Shown piece by piece: positions 19,915 to 29,756 of a stretch of DNA of 64,000 nucleotides. The notes under the pieces were generated by a model, which saw nothing but the letters and a program-made list of their open reading frames with translations, searched no databases and was not told the DNA's origin. This stretch comes from Omnitrophica WOR_2 bacterium RIFOXYA2_FULL_38_17 (GTDB lineage: Bacteria > Omnitrophota > Gorgyraeia > Zapsychrales > Zapsychraceae): positions 85,975-149,974 of the forward strand of contig MHHG01000057.1 in NCBI GenBank assembly GCA_001805965.1, in the 5' to 3' direction. Every line of letters starts with the position of its first letter. Within the stretch, counting starts at the first letter, position 1. A program made the translations under genes and the position numbers.

Positions 19915-20814
19915 TTACTTGACCTCCTCCCACTTTGCCTCTTTTAATAAATATTCCATAACCTTCAAAGGCAGATTCCCGCCCTCACTTATCTCAATTT
20001 TCTCTCTATTTGCAATTTCATCCAATATAAAATAAACCTTTATATCCTTCTCAACAGCTTCACTTAAATCCTTGCGAACACTTTCCTCTTTTTTCTTCAG
20101 GTCCTCAGCACTCATGCCTTGCTTTTTCAGCCTCTCCATCATTTCATTAACGCGCTGCTCCAGGTGTTTTTTTACAAGTCCTTTAGGAGTTGCTAATTTC
20201 GCTTTTTTCAATAAAGCATCAACAATTTGATTCTCAACATCTAGCTTGTTCGATCTGTCCTTATCTGCCTCCATTTGACGTGATAAAGATTTCTTGAACT
20301 CTTCTAGGCTTGGATATCCCAAACCTTTAGCAAAGGCATCGTCAATAGTAAGCTCTTTATCTTTTCCCTGGCCTTGCTTGAAATAATCCAATGTCTTATT
20401 CAGCTCTTCATCAGAAACTTTATTGCTTTTTCTTTTTACTTTTATGCCGACATAATCGTTATCTTTTATGCTTACTTCCGGCTTAAGCTCAATGGTCGCT
20501 TTAAAAGCAACCTTGCCGTCCTTAAAAGAAACATCTTCAATGTCCGGCATATCGATCGGATGAAGCTGTTCTTTATCAACGCCTTCCTGATATACCTCTG
20601 GTATTAACTTCTTAACAACCTCCTCCTTTGCTGTCGGGCCATATTGTGACTCCAAAAGATGCCTGGGGATTTTTCCTTTTCTAAATCCCTTTACTTTTGC
20701 GATTTTACCAATTTCTAAATATACTCCCTCTAATGCCTTAGAAACTCTTTCTTTTGAAACTTCAAATCTCAATTCCCTTTTAATTGAATCAATTTTCTTA
20801 ACTTCTACTTTCAT
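19915..20814 (-). CDS. tig: Trigger factor, short form apparently lacking the FKBP PPIase domain
   Basis: Ribosome-binding GFRKGKIP motif, post-FKBP motif [10 protein letters not shown], upstream of clpP; only 299 aa. Confidence 0.9.
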   Translation of the reverse strand: MKVEVKKIDSIKRELRFEVSKERVSKALEGVYLEIGKIAKVKGFRKGKIPRHLLESQYGPTAKEEVVKKLIPEVYQEGVDKEQLHPIDMPDIEDVSFKDGKVAFKATIELKPEVSIKDNDYVGIKVKRKSNKVSDEELNKTLDYFKQGQGKDKELTIDDAFAKGLGYPSLEEFKKSLSRQMEADKDRSNKLDVENQIVDALLKKAKLATPKGLVKKHLEQRVNEMMERLKKQGMSAEDLKKKEESVRKDLSEAVEKDIKVYFILDEIANREKIEISEGGNLPLKVMEYLLKEAKWEEVK

Positions 20815-20935
20815 AATTCTTTTTTTCTCCCTCTATTTCGCTTTTACAAAACACTCATAATGAGCATCCCTATCCAATAAGACAATAATATGCTATTTAA
20901 ACCCTAATTCCTTTATCCTAATCCGGAATTATGGT

Positions 20936-21667
20936 CTACATGGTAAACTTTTCACCTAAATAGATTTTTCTTGCTTCTGGATCATTAATAAGATCATCAG
21001 CCGATCCCGAGACCAATATCCTTCCATCAGCAATCAAATATGCCCTGTCAGTAATGGATAAAGTTTCTCTAACATTATGATCGGTCAATAATATTCCTAA
21101 ACCTCTGGCTTTGAGGTCTTTGATTATTTCTTGCGCTTCTGCAACAACAATCGGGTCAATCCCGGAAAAAGGCTCGTCTAAAAGCAAAAACGATGGATTT
21201 GTGACCAAAGCTCTTGTTATCTCTAACCGGCGCCTTTCTCCTCCTGATAAAGTATAAGCCTTGCTCTTTGCTAAATGAGCAATATTCAATTCTTCAAGCA
21301 AAGATTTCAATCTCTTTCTTCTTTCAGTCGGACTGATATTTAAAGTCTCAAGTATCGCTAAAATGTTCTCTTCAACAGTAAGCTTTCTAAAAATAGATGC
21401 TTCCTGCGCCAGATAACCAATTCCTAGCCGACAACGTTCATGAATTGTCTTTTTTGTAATATCCTCATTATCAAAAATGATCTGCCCATCATTAGGTTTA
21501 ATAATGCCAACAGCCATATAAAACGTTGTTGTTTTGCCAGCCCCGTTAGGCCCTAAAAGCCCAACAATCTCAGAACGTCCGACAGAAATACTAAGGCCGT
21601 CTACAACCCTACGGCTTCCGTACGTCTTAACGATATTTTTAGTTTCCAAAAGTTGCAATTCCGCCAT
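20936..21667 (-). CDS. lptB: LPS export ABC transporter ATP-binding subunit
   Basis: GLLGPNGAGKTTTFY, GYLAQEASIFRKLTV, LSGGERRRLEI, LLDEPFSGIDP, LTDHNVRETL. Confidence 0.96.
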   Translation of the reverse strand: MAELQLLETKNIVKTYGSRRVVDGLSISVGRSEIVGLLGPNGAGKTTTFYMAVGIIKPNDGQIIFDNEDITKKTIHERCRLGIGYLAQEASIFRKLTVEENILAILETLNISPTERRKRLKSLLEELNIAHLAKSKAYTLSGGERRRLEITRALVTNPSFLLLDEPFSGIDPIVVAEAQEIIKDLKARGLGILLTDHNVRETLSITDRAYLIADGRILVSGSADDLINDPEARKIYLGEKFTM

Positions 21668-22463
21668 CCCCTTCCGTCAATAAGATCAATTTGGGCCTGC
21701 CAGTAAGAATCAACTTCTGCTCTGCCGCATTATACTCAGCTCTATCAGCATAAGTCATATTTTCACCTTGAACGACCTCTACATTCCCGATGCAAAATAT
21801 TTTCTTAATAGTGCTGCTTTTTGCATCAAAATATATTTCCATTTTATCCGCCTTGAGTGTCTGGTCACCTTGAACAGCTCTAACATTATCATTAAAAACA
21901 GCGTAAGATTCAGCTTGATTGATAACCATGGGCCCATCAGATGTAATAATTACTTTTTCACTTCCTTTCTTCTCATCTTTTTCAGTATCCACCATTACAG
22001 TAACATCCTGCAATATCTCTGCGTCTTTTGAAGTAGGGTGAGCTTTCAATCCAGTTCCGGTTATCATAACACCTTCATCAGATATCATGACGTCATCATC
22101 AGTTGTGATCAAATCTTCATTTCTATTCCAATTGAGGGAATCAGTTAACATTTGCCCGCCATTTGGGTGCGTAATGGCAACATCTTTACTCAAATTCATG
22201 TTGCCATTTTCTTGGTCAATAACGCCTTTATCAGCCACAACATTAATTTTTTCGTTATCATATATATCAGCATTAACATTAGTCAGCTCTATTTTACTTC
22301 CCATTATATTGGCAGTATCACCGCTCACTTCCCATGATTTTTGGCCATTATCTTTATATCCTTCAAGGTTAAATCCCTGAAATTTTTGTTCAGAATCTTG
22401 GGAAAAAGAATTAGCTGCCCCTAATAGAAACAAAACAGAAGCTAGTAATATGATTTTTTTCAT
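21639..22463 (-). CDS. LptC-like plus LptA-like tandem beta-jellyroll protein
   Basis: Between kdsC and lptB. Signal peptide; N-half resembles LptC (G.KSWEVSGDTA, LTDSLNW, ITGTGL); C-half resembles LptA (FNDNVRAVQG..LKADKMEIYF, GNVEVVQG, LILTGRP). Confidence 0.75.
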   Translation of the reverse strand: MKKIILLASVLFLLGAANSFSQDSEQKFQGFNLEGYKDNGQKSWEVSGDTANIMGSKIELTNVNADIYDNEKINVVADKGVIDQENGNMNLSKDVAITHPNGGQMLTDSLNWNRNEDLITTDDDVMISDEGVMITGTGLKAHPTSKDAEILQDVTVMVDTEKDEKKGSEKVIITSDGPMVINQAESYAVFNDNVRAVQGDQTLKADKMEIYFDAKSSTIKKIFCIGNVEVVQGENMTYADRAEYNAAEQKLILTGRPKLILLTEGDGGIATFGN

Positions 22464-22483
22464 AAATTATTATCCAATACGGG

Positions 22484-23008
22484 TTAAGATTCCCTGTTTA
22501 AGAGCTGTTTCCACTTCCCTTGAGTTTTAAGTATCAACTCAACAACTTCCCTAATTGCGCCCTTGCCACCTTGTTTTCTTGTAACATAATCTGCGACTTT
22601 TTTTACTTCAGAAGCGGCATTTTTAACAGCAACCGCGAACCCAACTTTTTCCAACAAAGCGATGTCAGGTATATCATCCCCTACAAAACAAACTTCTTCT
22701 GAAGACACATTAAGCTCTTTAAGCATTATATTATAAGCTTCCGTCTTAGGATAAGCATCCTGAAACACTTTATCTATCTTTAAATCCGCTGCTCTTGAAG
22801 TTACAGCGCCAGCTGACCTTGCTGAAATAATAGCCGTTTTGATCCCTGCCCTTCTGATCAATGCAACACCATACCCATCCTGGACATCAAAGAACTTCAA
22901 TTCATTGCCGCTATGGTCCAAAACGATCTTCCCGTTAGTCAAAACACCATCTACATCCATTGCCAAAACTTTAATTTTCTTTATCTTGCCTTTCAATTTA
23001 TCTGTCAT
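22484..23008 (-). CDS. kdsC: Kdo 8-phosphate phosphatase (HAD family)
   Basis: DVDGVLTNG, FDVQDG, FVGDDIPD, GGKGAIREV. Confidence 0.94.
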   Translation of the reverse strand: MTDKLKGKIKKIKVLAMDVDGVLTNGKIVLDHSGNELKFFDVQDGYGVALIRRAGIKTAIISARSAGAVTSRAADLKIDKVFQDAYPKTEAYNIMLKELNVSSEEVCFVGDDIPDIALLEKVGFAVAVKNAASEVKKVADYVTRKQGGKGAIREVVELILKTQGKWKQLLNRES

Positions 23009-23964
23009 ACCAAACCAGCCTTTAAAAGGTCTTGAACATCCAGCAATCCAACCAATTTACCTTTATTGTCTACAACCGGAAGCTCATCAATCTTTTTCTC
23101 TTGCAGGAGCCTTAAAGCTTCCTGTGCTAACCTGTCTTTTGATATAGTCGTTGGATTTTTTGTCATAACATCCTTCACTTTCCTATCAAGCAGATGGTTG
23201 TCAGTTTCAAGTTGCCTTCTAAGATCCCCGTCAGTAAAGATCCCGACAAATTTTCCTCTTTTATTTAAAACACAGGCTGACCCGCATCTAGCCTTTGTAA
23301 TGGCCAGAAGAACTTTTTTTACCGGGGCATCTTCTTCAATTGTTGCAAACCTAACACCTTTTCTCATGATATCTTCAACTTTTAGCAACAGCATTCTGCC
23401 CAAAGATCCTCCTGGATGATAAAAAGCAAAATCTTCCCGTCTAAAACCTTTTTTAACTATCAAGCAAGCGGCTAAAGCATCTCCCATAGCAAGAGTTGCT
23501 GTCGTTGAGGCCATAGGGGCCAGTTCAAGAGGGCACCCTTCTTTCTTAACAGAAACATCCAGATCAATGTCGCTGAACTTCGCTAAAGTTGATTTTGGAT
23601 TGCCGGTAATTGCAATTATTTTGGAGCCTATTTTCCTCATCAACGGCAGTAATTTCTTTGTTTCATCAGTTTCGCCGCTATAAGATATAATGATCAAAAT
23701 ATCATTTCTGGTCACCTGTCCTAGATCTCCATGGAACGCCTCAGCACAGTGCATCCAAATACTTGGGGTTCCTGTTGAGGACAATGTTGCGGCAATTTTC
23801 CTTCCAATAATACCTGTTTTCCCCATTCCCGCTACGATAACCCTGCCCTTGCATTTAGATATAAGCTCTACTGCTTTTTCAAATTTACTATTGATCCTCG
23901 ATGCCAGGCTCTTTATCGCCTCTGCTTCAATTCTTATTACCTCTTTTGCTTCTTTTAAAGACAT
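23005..23964 (-). CDS. kdsD: Arabinose-5-phosphate isomerase (SIS plus 2 CBS domains)
   Basis: GMGK.G.IGRKIAATLSSTGTP, EA.HGDLG, HPGGSLG, GIFTDGDLRR. Confidence 0.95.
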   Translation of the reverse strand: MSLKEAKEVIRIEAEAIKSLASRINSKFEKAVELISKCKGRVIVAGMGKTGIIGRKIAATLSSTGTPSIWMHCAEAFHGDLGQVTRNDILIIISYSGETDETKKLLPLMRKIGSKIIAITGNPKSTLAKFSDIDLDVSVKKEGCPLELAPMASTTATLAMGDALAACLIVKKGFRREDFAFYHPGGSLGRMLLLKVEDIMRKGVRFATIEEDAPVKKVLLAITKARCGSACVLNKRGKFVGIFTDGDLRRQLETDNHLLDRKVKDVMTKNPTTISKDRLAQEALRLLQEKKIDELPVVDNKGKLVGLLDVQDLLKAGLV

Positions 23965-23973
23965 TCTTTTCCC

Positions 23974-24810
23974 TCAGCTAATTTTATCTTTGATTATTTT
24001 GTCAATTGATCTCATCTCAACCAACATTTTCTCAAGCTTACTGAGCTTCAGTGAATTGGGACCATCAGACAATGCTTTTTCAGGGTCATGATGAACTTCC
24101 ATAAAGATCGAATCACATCCTGCCGCCAGAGCACATCTAGATAAAAGCGGGACATATTCACTGTTGCCCCCTGAACAATCACCCATACCACCCGGTTGCT
24201 GAACGCTATGAGTCGCATCAAAAACTATCGGATATCCAAACCTGGACATAATATCTAATGAGCGAAAATCACTAACCAGGTTATTATATCCAAAACTAAC
24301 TCCACGTTCAGTAAGAAGAATCTTCTTATTACCCGTGGACTCGATCTTGATTATTATATTTTTCATGTCCCCTGGCGCAAGGAACTGTCCTTTTTTAACA
24401 TTAACTACTTTTTCTGATCTGCCGGCAGCAACAATAAGGTCTGTTTGCCTGCATAGAAATGCAGGTATCTGCAAAACATCTAAGACATCATATGCTCGGT
24501 CAATTTCTTCTACTGAATGGACATCGCTCAAAACAGGAACACCTATTTTTTCTTTGATCTCTTTAAGAATATCAAGGCCCTTATCGATCCCTAATCCCCG
24601 AAATGATTTTATAGACGTCCTATTTGCCTTGTCATAACTAGCTTTAAAAATAAAAGGTATGTGCTGCTTAACACATATTTTTTTAATTGAACCTGCCAGA
24701 GCTATCGTCTTCTTCCTGTCCTCAATGACGCACGGACCGGCAATCAGTACAAACGGCTTCCCTCCCCCGACCATTACGTTACCGATTTTTATGACTTTTG
24801 TCTTTATCAT
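23974..24810 (-). CDS. kdsA: Kdo 8-phosphate synthase (metal-dependent type, GPC motif)
   Basis: IAGPCVIE, KASYDKANRTS, QIPAFLCRQTDL, VKKGQF, DATHSVQ.PG. Confidence 0.97.
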   Translation of the reverse strand: MIKTKVIKIGNVMVGGGKPFVLIAGPCVIEDRKKTIALAGSIKKICVKQHIPFIFKASYDKANRTSIKSFRGLGIDKGLDILKEIKEKIGVPVLSDVHSVEEIDRAYDVLDVLQIPAFLCRQTDLIVAAGRSEKVVNVKKGQFLAPGDMKNIIIKIESTGNKKILLTERGVSFGYNNLVSDFRSLDIMSRFGYPIVFDATHSVQQPGGMGDCSGGNSEYVPLLSRCALAAGCDSIFMEVHHDPEKALSDGPNSLKLSKLEKMLVEMRSIDKIIKDKIS

Positions 24811-24825
24811 GAATAAACCCCTTGC

Positions 24826-25548
24826 TTAACTAAGCAATAATTTTTTAACCTTTTCTAAATCTTTTTTTGTATCAACACCAACCGTTTCAACATCAGTAAG
24901 TATTGTTTTGATCTTATACCCTGCTTCCAATGCCCTTAGCTGCTCCAAACATTCTGAAGCTTCAAGATTAGACTTTGGCAGGTCCTTAAACTCAAGTAAA
25001 AAATGTTTTCTATAAGCATAAATGCCTAAATGCTTATAGCATTTTGCTCCAAGGCCGTCTCTATCATACGGGATCGTGGACCTAGAAAAATACAGCGCAT
25101 TATTTGAGCTATCAATAACAACCTTAACAATATTTGGATCAGAAAGATCCTGCTCTTTATCAATAACCTTAATAACAGTAGCCATTGATGAAGAGCTATC
25201 TTTATCAAGTGCCTCGATCAAACTATCAATAACCTCAGGCTGTATCATTGGTTCATCGCCCTGAATGTTAACAACAATATCACATTCTTCTTTACTTATC
25301 GCTTCTGATATCCTGTCAGTTCCAGATTGATGATCAACAGATGTCATAACCGCCCGGGCACCAAAGCCCCTTGCCACCTTTAAAACTTTTTCATTATCGC
25401 AGGCAATAATAACATCATCCAATTTAGCGCTTTTCTTAACCTGTTCCCAAACAAGCTGTATCATTGGCTTGCCTAATATTTCGGCTAATACTTTCCCTTC
25501 AAATCTTGTAGAGTTCAATCTGGCCGGAATAACACCTATTGCCTTCAT
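24826..25548 (-). CDS. kdsB: CMP-Kdo synthetase
   Basis: IPARLNSTRF.GK, HQSGTDR, NIQGDEP, ALYFSR, HLGIYAY, LEQLRALE. Confidence 0.97.
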   Translation of the reverse strand: MKAIGVIPARLNSTRFEGKVLAEILGKPMIQLVWEQVKKSAKLDDVIIACDNEKVLKVARGFGARAVMTSVDHQSGTDRISEAISKEECDIVVNIQGDEPMIQPEVIDSLIEALDKDSSSSMATVIKVIDKEQDLSDPNIVKVVIDSSNNALYFSRSTIPYDRDGLGAKCYKHLGIYAYRKHFLLEFKDLPKSNLEASECLEQLRALEAGYKIKTILTDVETVGVDTKKDLEKVKKLLLS

Positions 25549-25563
25549 ATTTATTATTGCCCT

Positions 25564-26586
25564 TTACTTTATTGCTTCCATAAGCTCTTCTTTAGTTACA
25601 GCAACTGCTCCCATCTTTCCAACAACAATTCCTGCTGCAATATTTGAAAGCTCTGCAGCCTGCCTTTTTGTAGCATTAGACGCCAGGCAAAGTGTGAATA
25701 CAGAAATGACAGCATCACCTGCTCCAGTAACATCAAAGACTTCTTGGGCCTTTGTGCTGATAGAATAAGGCTTCTTCTTTCCCTTCTCAAACAAGCGCAT
25801 TCCTCTTTCACCAAGGGTTATCAACAAAGACTCTAAATCCAAAAATTCAAGAAGTTTTTCACCGGCCTTATCAATATCGCTATCCTTTTCAAGCTTATCA
25901 ATATTTATACCGAGGGAACTTCCCCGTTCATGCGTTATCTTTATATTTCTGATCGCATTCTCAGCCTCGCTTTTATTCGGGGTAATAGCAGTTACTTTTT
26001 TATAATAACCAAAATTCTCGACCTTAGGGTCAACAGTAATTATTTTGTTCTTCGCTAACGCTAAGGAACAAAGGCTGTCAATTACTTTAGGAGTAATCAA
26101 CCCTTTACCGTAATCAGAAATAATTATTGCATCATAATTATCTATTCTTTTTTCAATAAAATTTAAAATTTTATTGAAAATTGATCTATCTTTTGACTCT
26201 TTTATATTCTCTCTATCAATTCTAACAATTTGCTGATGTTGTGCAATTATCCTGGTTTTTGTAATAGTTGGGATATTCTTATCAAGAAATACCCCGTTAA
26301 TATCAATATTCTTTCTTTTTAATTCTCGCTTTAATAGCTTTCCATCAAAATCATTACCAATTCTTCCTACCTGAGTTACATTGGCACCCAAAGAACTAAG
26401 ATTTTGCGAAACATTAGCAGCTCCACCTGTTGTATAAAAAGATTTCTCTTCAAGTACTATTGGAACAGGAGCTTCCGGTGAAATCCTAGTTACAGTTCCT
26501 TGAATATATCTGTCAAGGATAATATCCCCAACAACAAGTATGTTTTTTTTATTAAATCTCGATATTATTTTTTTATATATGGACAT
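25564..26586 (-). CDS. D-glycero-beta-D-manno-heptose-7-phosphate kinase (stand-alone RfaE domain I / HldA)
   Basis: VVGDIILD.Y, RISPEAPVP, GGAANV, SDYGKG, VDPK, ITPN..E, DVTGAGD; no adenylyltransferase domain. Confidence 0.92.
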   Translation of the reverse strand: MSIYKKIISRFNKKNILVVGDIILDRYIQGTVTRISPEAPVPIVLEEKSFYTTGGAANVSQNLSSLGANVTQVGRIGNDFDGKLLKRELKRKNIDINGVFLDKNIPTITKTRIIAQHQQIVRIDRENIKESKDRSIFNKILNFIEKRIDNYDAIIISDYGKGLITPKVIDSLCSLALAKNKIITVDPKVENFGYYKKVTAITPNKSEAENAIRNIKITHERGSSLGINIDKLEKDSDIDKAGEKLLEFLDLESLLITLGERGMRLFEKGKKKPYSISTKAQEVFDVTGAGDAVISVFTLCLASNATKRQAAELSNIAAGIVVGKMGAVAVTKEELMEAIK

Positions 26587-26679
26587 TTCTGCAGAAACAA
26601 AACAATAGTTATACTAATAGTTTATATTTATATTATTGGATAAACATGCTCCTGTAGCTCAAAACGAAGGCTGATTCTA

Positions 26680-27750
26680 TCACAGTTTAAATATAGAGTC
26701 AACTGCTTCTAAAACTTGCGGTATTTTAATAATTTCCAGGTATTGTTGGTCACATTCATCGGCTTTTTGAAAGTTAATACCCATCTGCCCTGCAGCATTA
26801 TAAGGGACGCTAACAACAACAGAATTTGCGGATAATGGCCTCCAACACTCTGGATTGATCCCTGGCTCATTTCTTGTAAAAATTGAAACAACTGGCACAC
26901 CAAGAGCTGCAGCAATATGAACAGGGCCCGAATCGTTAGAAACAAGCAAACCGCATCTATTTAGCAAGCTAACTAATTGCCCCACAGTAGTAAAACCTGT
27001 TGCATCAATAATACTCCCTCTTACTAAAGACACAATTTTTTCAGAGATATCCTTAATGCGCGCATCTCCAACAATAACAATTTTACACTTATATCTTTTG
27101 ATAAGCTCCTCAATAAGGCCAGCAAAATACTTATACGGCCACTGTTTTGATGAATCACTTGCACCGGGATGAATCGCTATTATTATATCTTTTTTGAGCA
27201 ATCCTTTACTTTTTAAAAAAGATCCTGCCCATTTTTCAGAAGATTCACTTAGTGAAACTTGCATTTCAAATTTTTCACTATCAATACCTGAAAAATCCAT
27301 ATCTAAGGCTTTTAAAACATCAACACAATACTGGCTTTCATGTTTATTGCCTAAAAACCTCTCATCTTCCAGTGGGTCTGTAAGCAAGAATCCGAATTTT
27401 TTGTTCTTGTACCCTAGCCTGACAGGGATTCCCGCTAAAAAACATGTCAGATTGGCCCTTCTTTTAGTATGGTATACAATTGCCAAATCAAATTTTCTTT
27501 TACAAAGCTCTCTTACAAGCTTAAGATAACCAAAAAGCCCTTTATTTAAACCTTTTCTATCATCAATGATCACTTCATCAATATTTTCATTGTTAATTAT
27601 CAGTTCTTTGGTTTGCGGAGCAACAAGCATTGAAATACTTGAATCAGGCCAGAAATCCTTTAAAAGCTTTATAGCAGGTGTTGTCAAAATGACATCACCT
27701 ATTCTATCTGTTCGAACGATCAATATTTTATTAAATTTTCCTGAAGGCAC
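26680..27750 (-). CDS. GT9 glycosyltransferase (heptosyltransferase family)
   Basis: ILIVRTDRIGDVILTTP, IHPGAS..KQWP, SNDSGPVHIAAALG. Confidence 0.92.
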   Translation of the reverse strand: MPSGKFNKILIVRTDRIGDVILTTPAIKLLKDFWPDSSISMLVAPQTKELIINNENIDEVIIDDRKGLNKGLFGYLKLVRELCKRKFDLAIVYHTKRRANLTCFLAGIPVRLGYKNKKFGFLLTDPLEDERFLGNKHESQYCVDVLKALDMDFSGIDSEKFEMQVSLSESSEKWAGSFLKSKGLLKKDIIIAIHPGASDSSKQWPYKYFAGLIEELIKRYKCKIVIVGDARIKDISEKIVSLVRGSIIDATGFTTVGQLVSLLNRCGLLVSNDSGPVHIAAALGVPVVSIFTRNEPGINPECWRPLSANSVVVSVPYNAAGQMGINFQKADECDQQYLEIIKIPQVLEAVDSIFKL

Positions 27751-28691
27751 TTAATAACATCCTCACTTGAAATACCCATCATACAATTATGTTCAGTTTT
27801 TAATTTAGAATTATTACATTTCTCACAACTTCTGTTATTCCTAAGCGAATAACCATTTTTACCCCAAGGGCCATACTTTTCGACTTGTGTCGGGCCAAAT
27901 AAAGCTAACACTGGAATATCCATATAGCTCGCTAAATGCATAGGAGCACTGTCATTGACAACAGCAAATCGACAATGTAATAGCAATTCGGCAAGCTGAA
28001 CAAGATTTGTCCTCCCGCATAAATTGACCAAATCATGTTCCATAATTTTTGCAATCTCTCGAGCGGCCTCTCTATCCTTATGGTCTCCCACAAAAACGAC
28101 CTTCATATTGCAGTTATTCACTACATGATCTGCTACCTTGGCAAATCCTTCATTGCTCCACCTTTTTGAATCACTTGCCGAAGACGGGGCAACTACAACA
28201 TAATCGTCATCTCCTATTTCATCATACCTAAGATCCACAACACAACTTTTATCCTCATCAGAAATAAACAAAGACTTCTTCGGAGCCTCAACAGGTTCAA
28301 ATTCATACACACTTGATAAACACTTCAAATGCTTGTCTTTCATATGCATACCATCTGATCTTGTTTTAAATATCGAAGTATGGTATTTAGGCGATATTAA
28401 AACCGGCAAAGCTGTATTTCTTAGGTCGATTAAAAGGTCAAAACGCTGCTTGATCAATTCCAATACCCAAGCACCTTGTTTAAGAATTGAATCCTTTTTA
28501 TTATAAACATATATTTTTTTAAATCTTGGATTAGCACATATTACAGATTCGGCTCTTGGGCCAACAACAACAGATATCTCTGCTTCGGGAAAATCTCTTA
28601 TTAGAATATCTATAGTTGGAAAAGTTAACACAACATCTCCAATGTTCGTCAAAGAGACGACTAATATTTTTTTAATTATTTCTTTTTTCAT
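27720..28691 (-). CDS. GT9 glycosyltransferase (heptosyltransferase family)
   Basis: SLTNIGDVVLT.P, KRWS, NDSAPMHLA, LFGPT. Confidence 0.9.
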   Translation of the reverse strand: MKKEIIKKILVVSLTNIGDVVLTFPTIDILIRDFPEAEISVVVGPRAESVICANPRFKKIYVYNKKDSILKQGAWVLELIKQRFDLLIDLRNTALPVLISPKYHTSIFKTRSDGMHMKDKHLKCLSSVYEFEPVEAPKKSLFISDEDKSCVVDLRYDEIGDDDYVVVAPSSASDSKRWSNEGFAKVADHVVNNCNMKVVFVGDHKDREAAREIAKIMEHDLVNLCGRTNLVQLAELLLHCRFAVVNDSAPMHLASYMDIPVLALFGPTQVEKYGPWGKNGYSLRNNRSCEKCNNSKLKTEHNCMMGISSEDVIKCLQENLIKY

Positions 28692-28718
28692 TATTTATTA
28701 ACTATATAAAATATCTGA

Positions 28719-29756
28719 TTATTTGCCTTTATCGCTGATTATCTTTACTGCAATTTTAAAAACATCATCAGCTGTTATTGCTTTCATGCAAACATTATCA
28801 TCACAATCCAGCTTATAACAAGGCTGCCGGTTACACTCAATATCTTTTTGAAGGATAACTGCTTTACCTTTACCCTTTGGACCTGTTATTTCGGAACGAG
28901 TAGGCCCAAATATCGCAATAGTATCGGTATTTACACTGTTAGCAATATGCAGAGGCCCAGAATCAGCAGATATCAAGAGCTCAGCCAAACTCATTAAAGA
29001 AATCACCTGTATCAATGTAGTCTTACCAACAAGCACGATCGGTTTTTCTTTTAACTGTTCTACAATGCTTTCAACCAACACAATGTCTGTTGGTGCTCCT
29101 GAGATTATAACTTTAATGCCTTTTTGTTTATATTCTCCAATGAGCTTTTCTATCAGCTCAACAAAATTTTCCTTTGGCCATCGTTTAAGGTCCCAGTTCC
29201 CGCCGCAATTAACAATGATCAATCTATCATTATCTTCAACGCAATTATTCCTAAGAATTGTCATTACGCTTTGTGTAACCTCATTTTTCGGAACTAGAAC
29301 AGTTCTCCTTTCATTCACCTTCACCCCAAACGATTCAATCACATTAAGATAATAATCGCGCCTATGAACATCATTCACTTCTATCCAATCAACTTTATGC
29401 GTTAAAAAAGCTCCTCTTTTCTTTGTGTCATAGCCAATTCTGTTTGGGATCCCTGCAAAATAAACAAACAATGCCCTGGTTAATGATCTGTGCAGAAGAA
29501 ACGCAGCATCAAATTTCTTTTTCCTTAATTCAAGGATCAATTTAATTTTGGCAAAGATACCATTATGAACATTTCCTTCGTCACAAATTATGATCTCATC
29601 CAAGCATTCAATACACTCAAGAACCTCTTTAACCCGAAGAGGTGCCATACAGCTTATTGTAGCTTCAGGATAAGCTTGTTTAAGCGCTTTGAATATTGGC
29701 GATGAGAAGATTACATCCCCCACCCAATTAACATTAACCACTAATATTTTTTTCAT
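28719..29756 (-). CDS. GT9 heptosyltransferase, WaaF-like
   Basis: NWVGDVI (the WaaF-type WxGD), KRWP, DSGPLHIA, IFGPT, C..PC...C...CM. Confidence 0.9.
   Translation of the reverse strand: MKKILVVNVNWVGDVIFSSPIFKALKQAYPEATISCMAPLRVKEVLECIECLDEIIICDEGNVHNGIFAKIKLILELRKKKFDAAFLLHRSLTRALFVYFAGIPNRIGYDTKKRGAFLTHKVDWIEVNDVHRRDYYLNVIESFGVKVNERRTVLVPKNEVTQSVMTILRNNCVEDNDRLIIVNCGGNWDLKRWPKENFVELIEKLIGEYKQKGIKVIISGAPTDIVLVESIVEQLKEKPIVLVGKTTLIQVISLMSLAELLISADSGPLHIANSVNTDTIAIFGPTRSEITGPKGKGKAVILQKDIECNRQPCYKLDCDDNVCMKAITADDVFKIAVKIISDKGK

Noticed and set aside
26587-26679. Possible small gene or Trm112-like remnant (..QEHVYPII*) before the heptose kinase
   Set aside because: No start codon or Cys motif in that frame; the nearby AGGAG-ATG gives only four codons with poor spacing.
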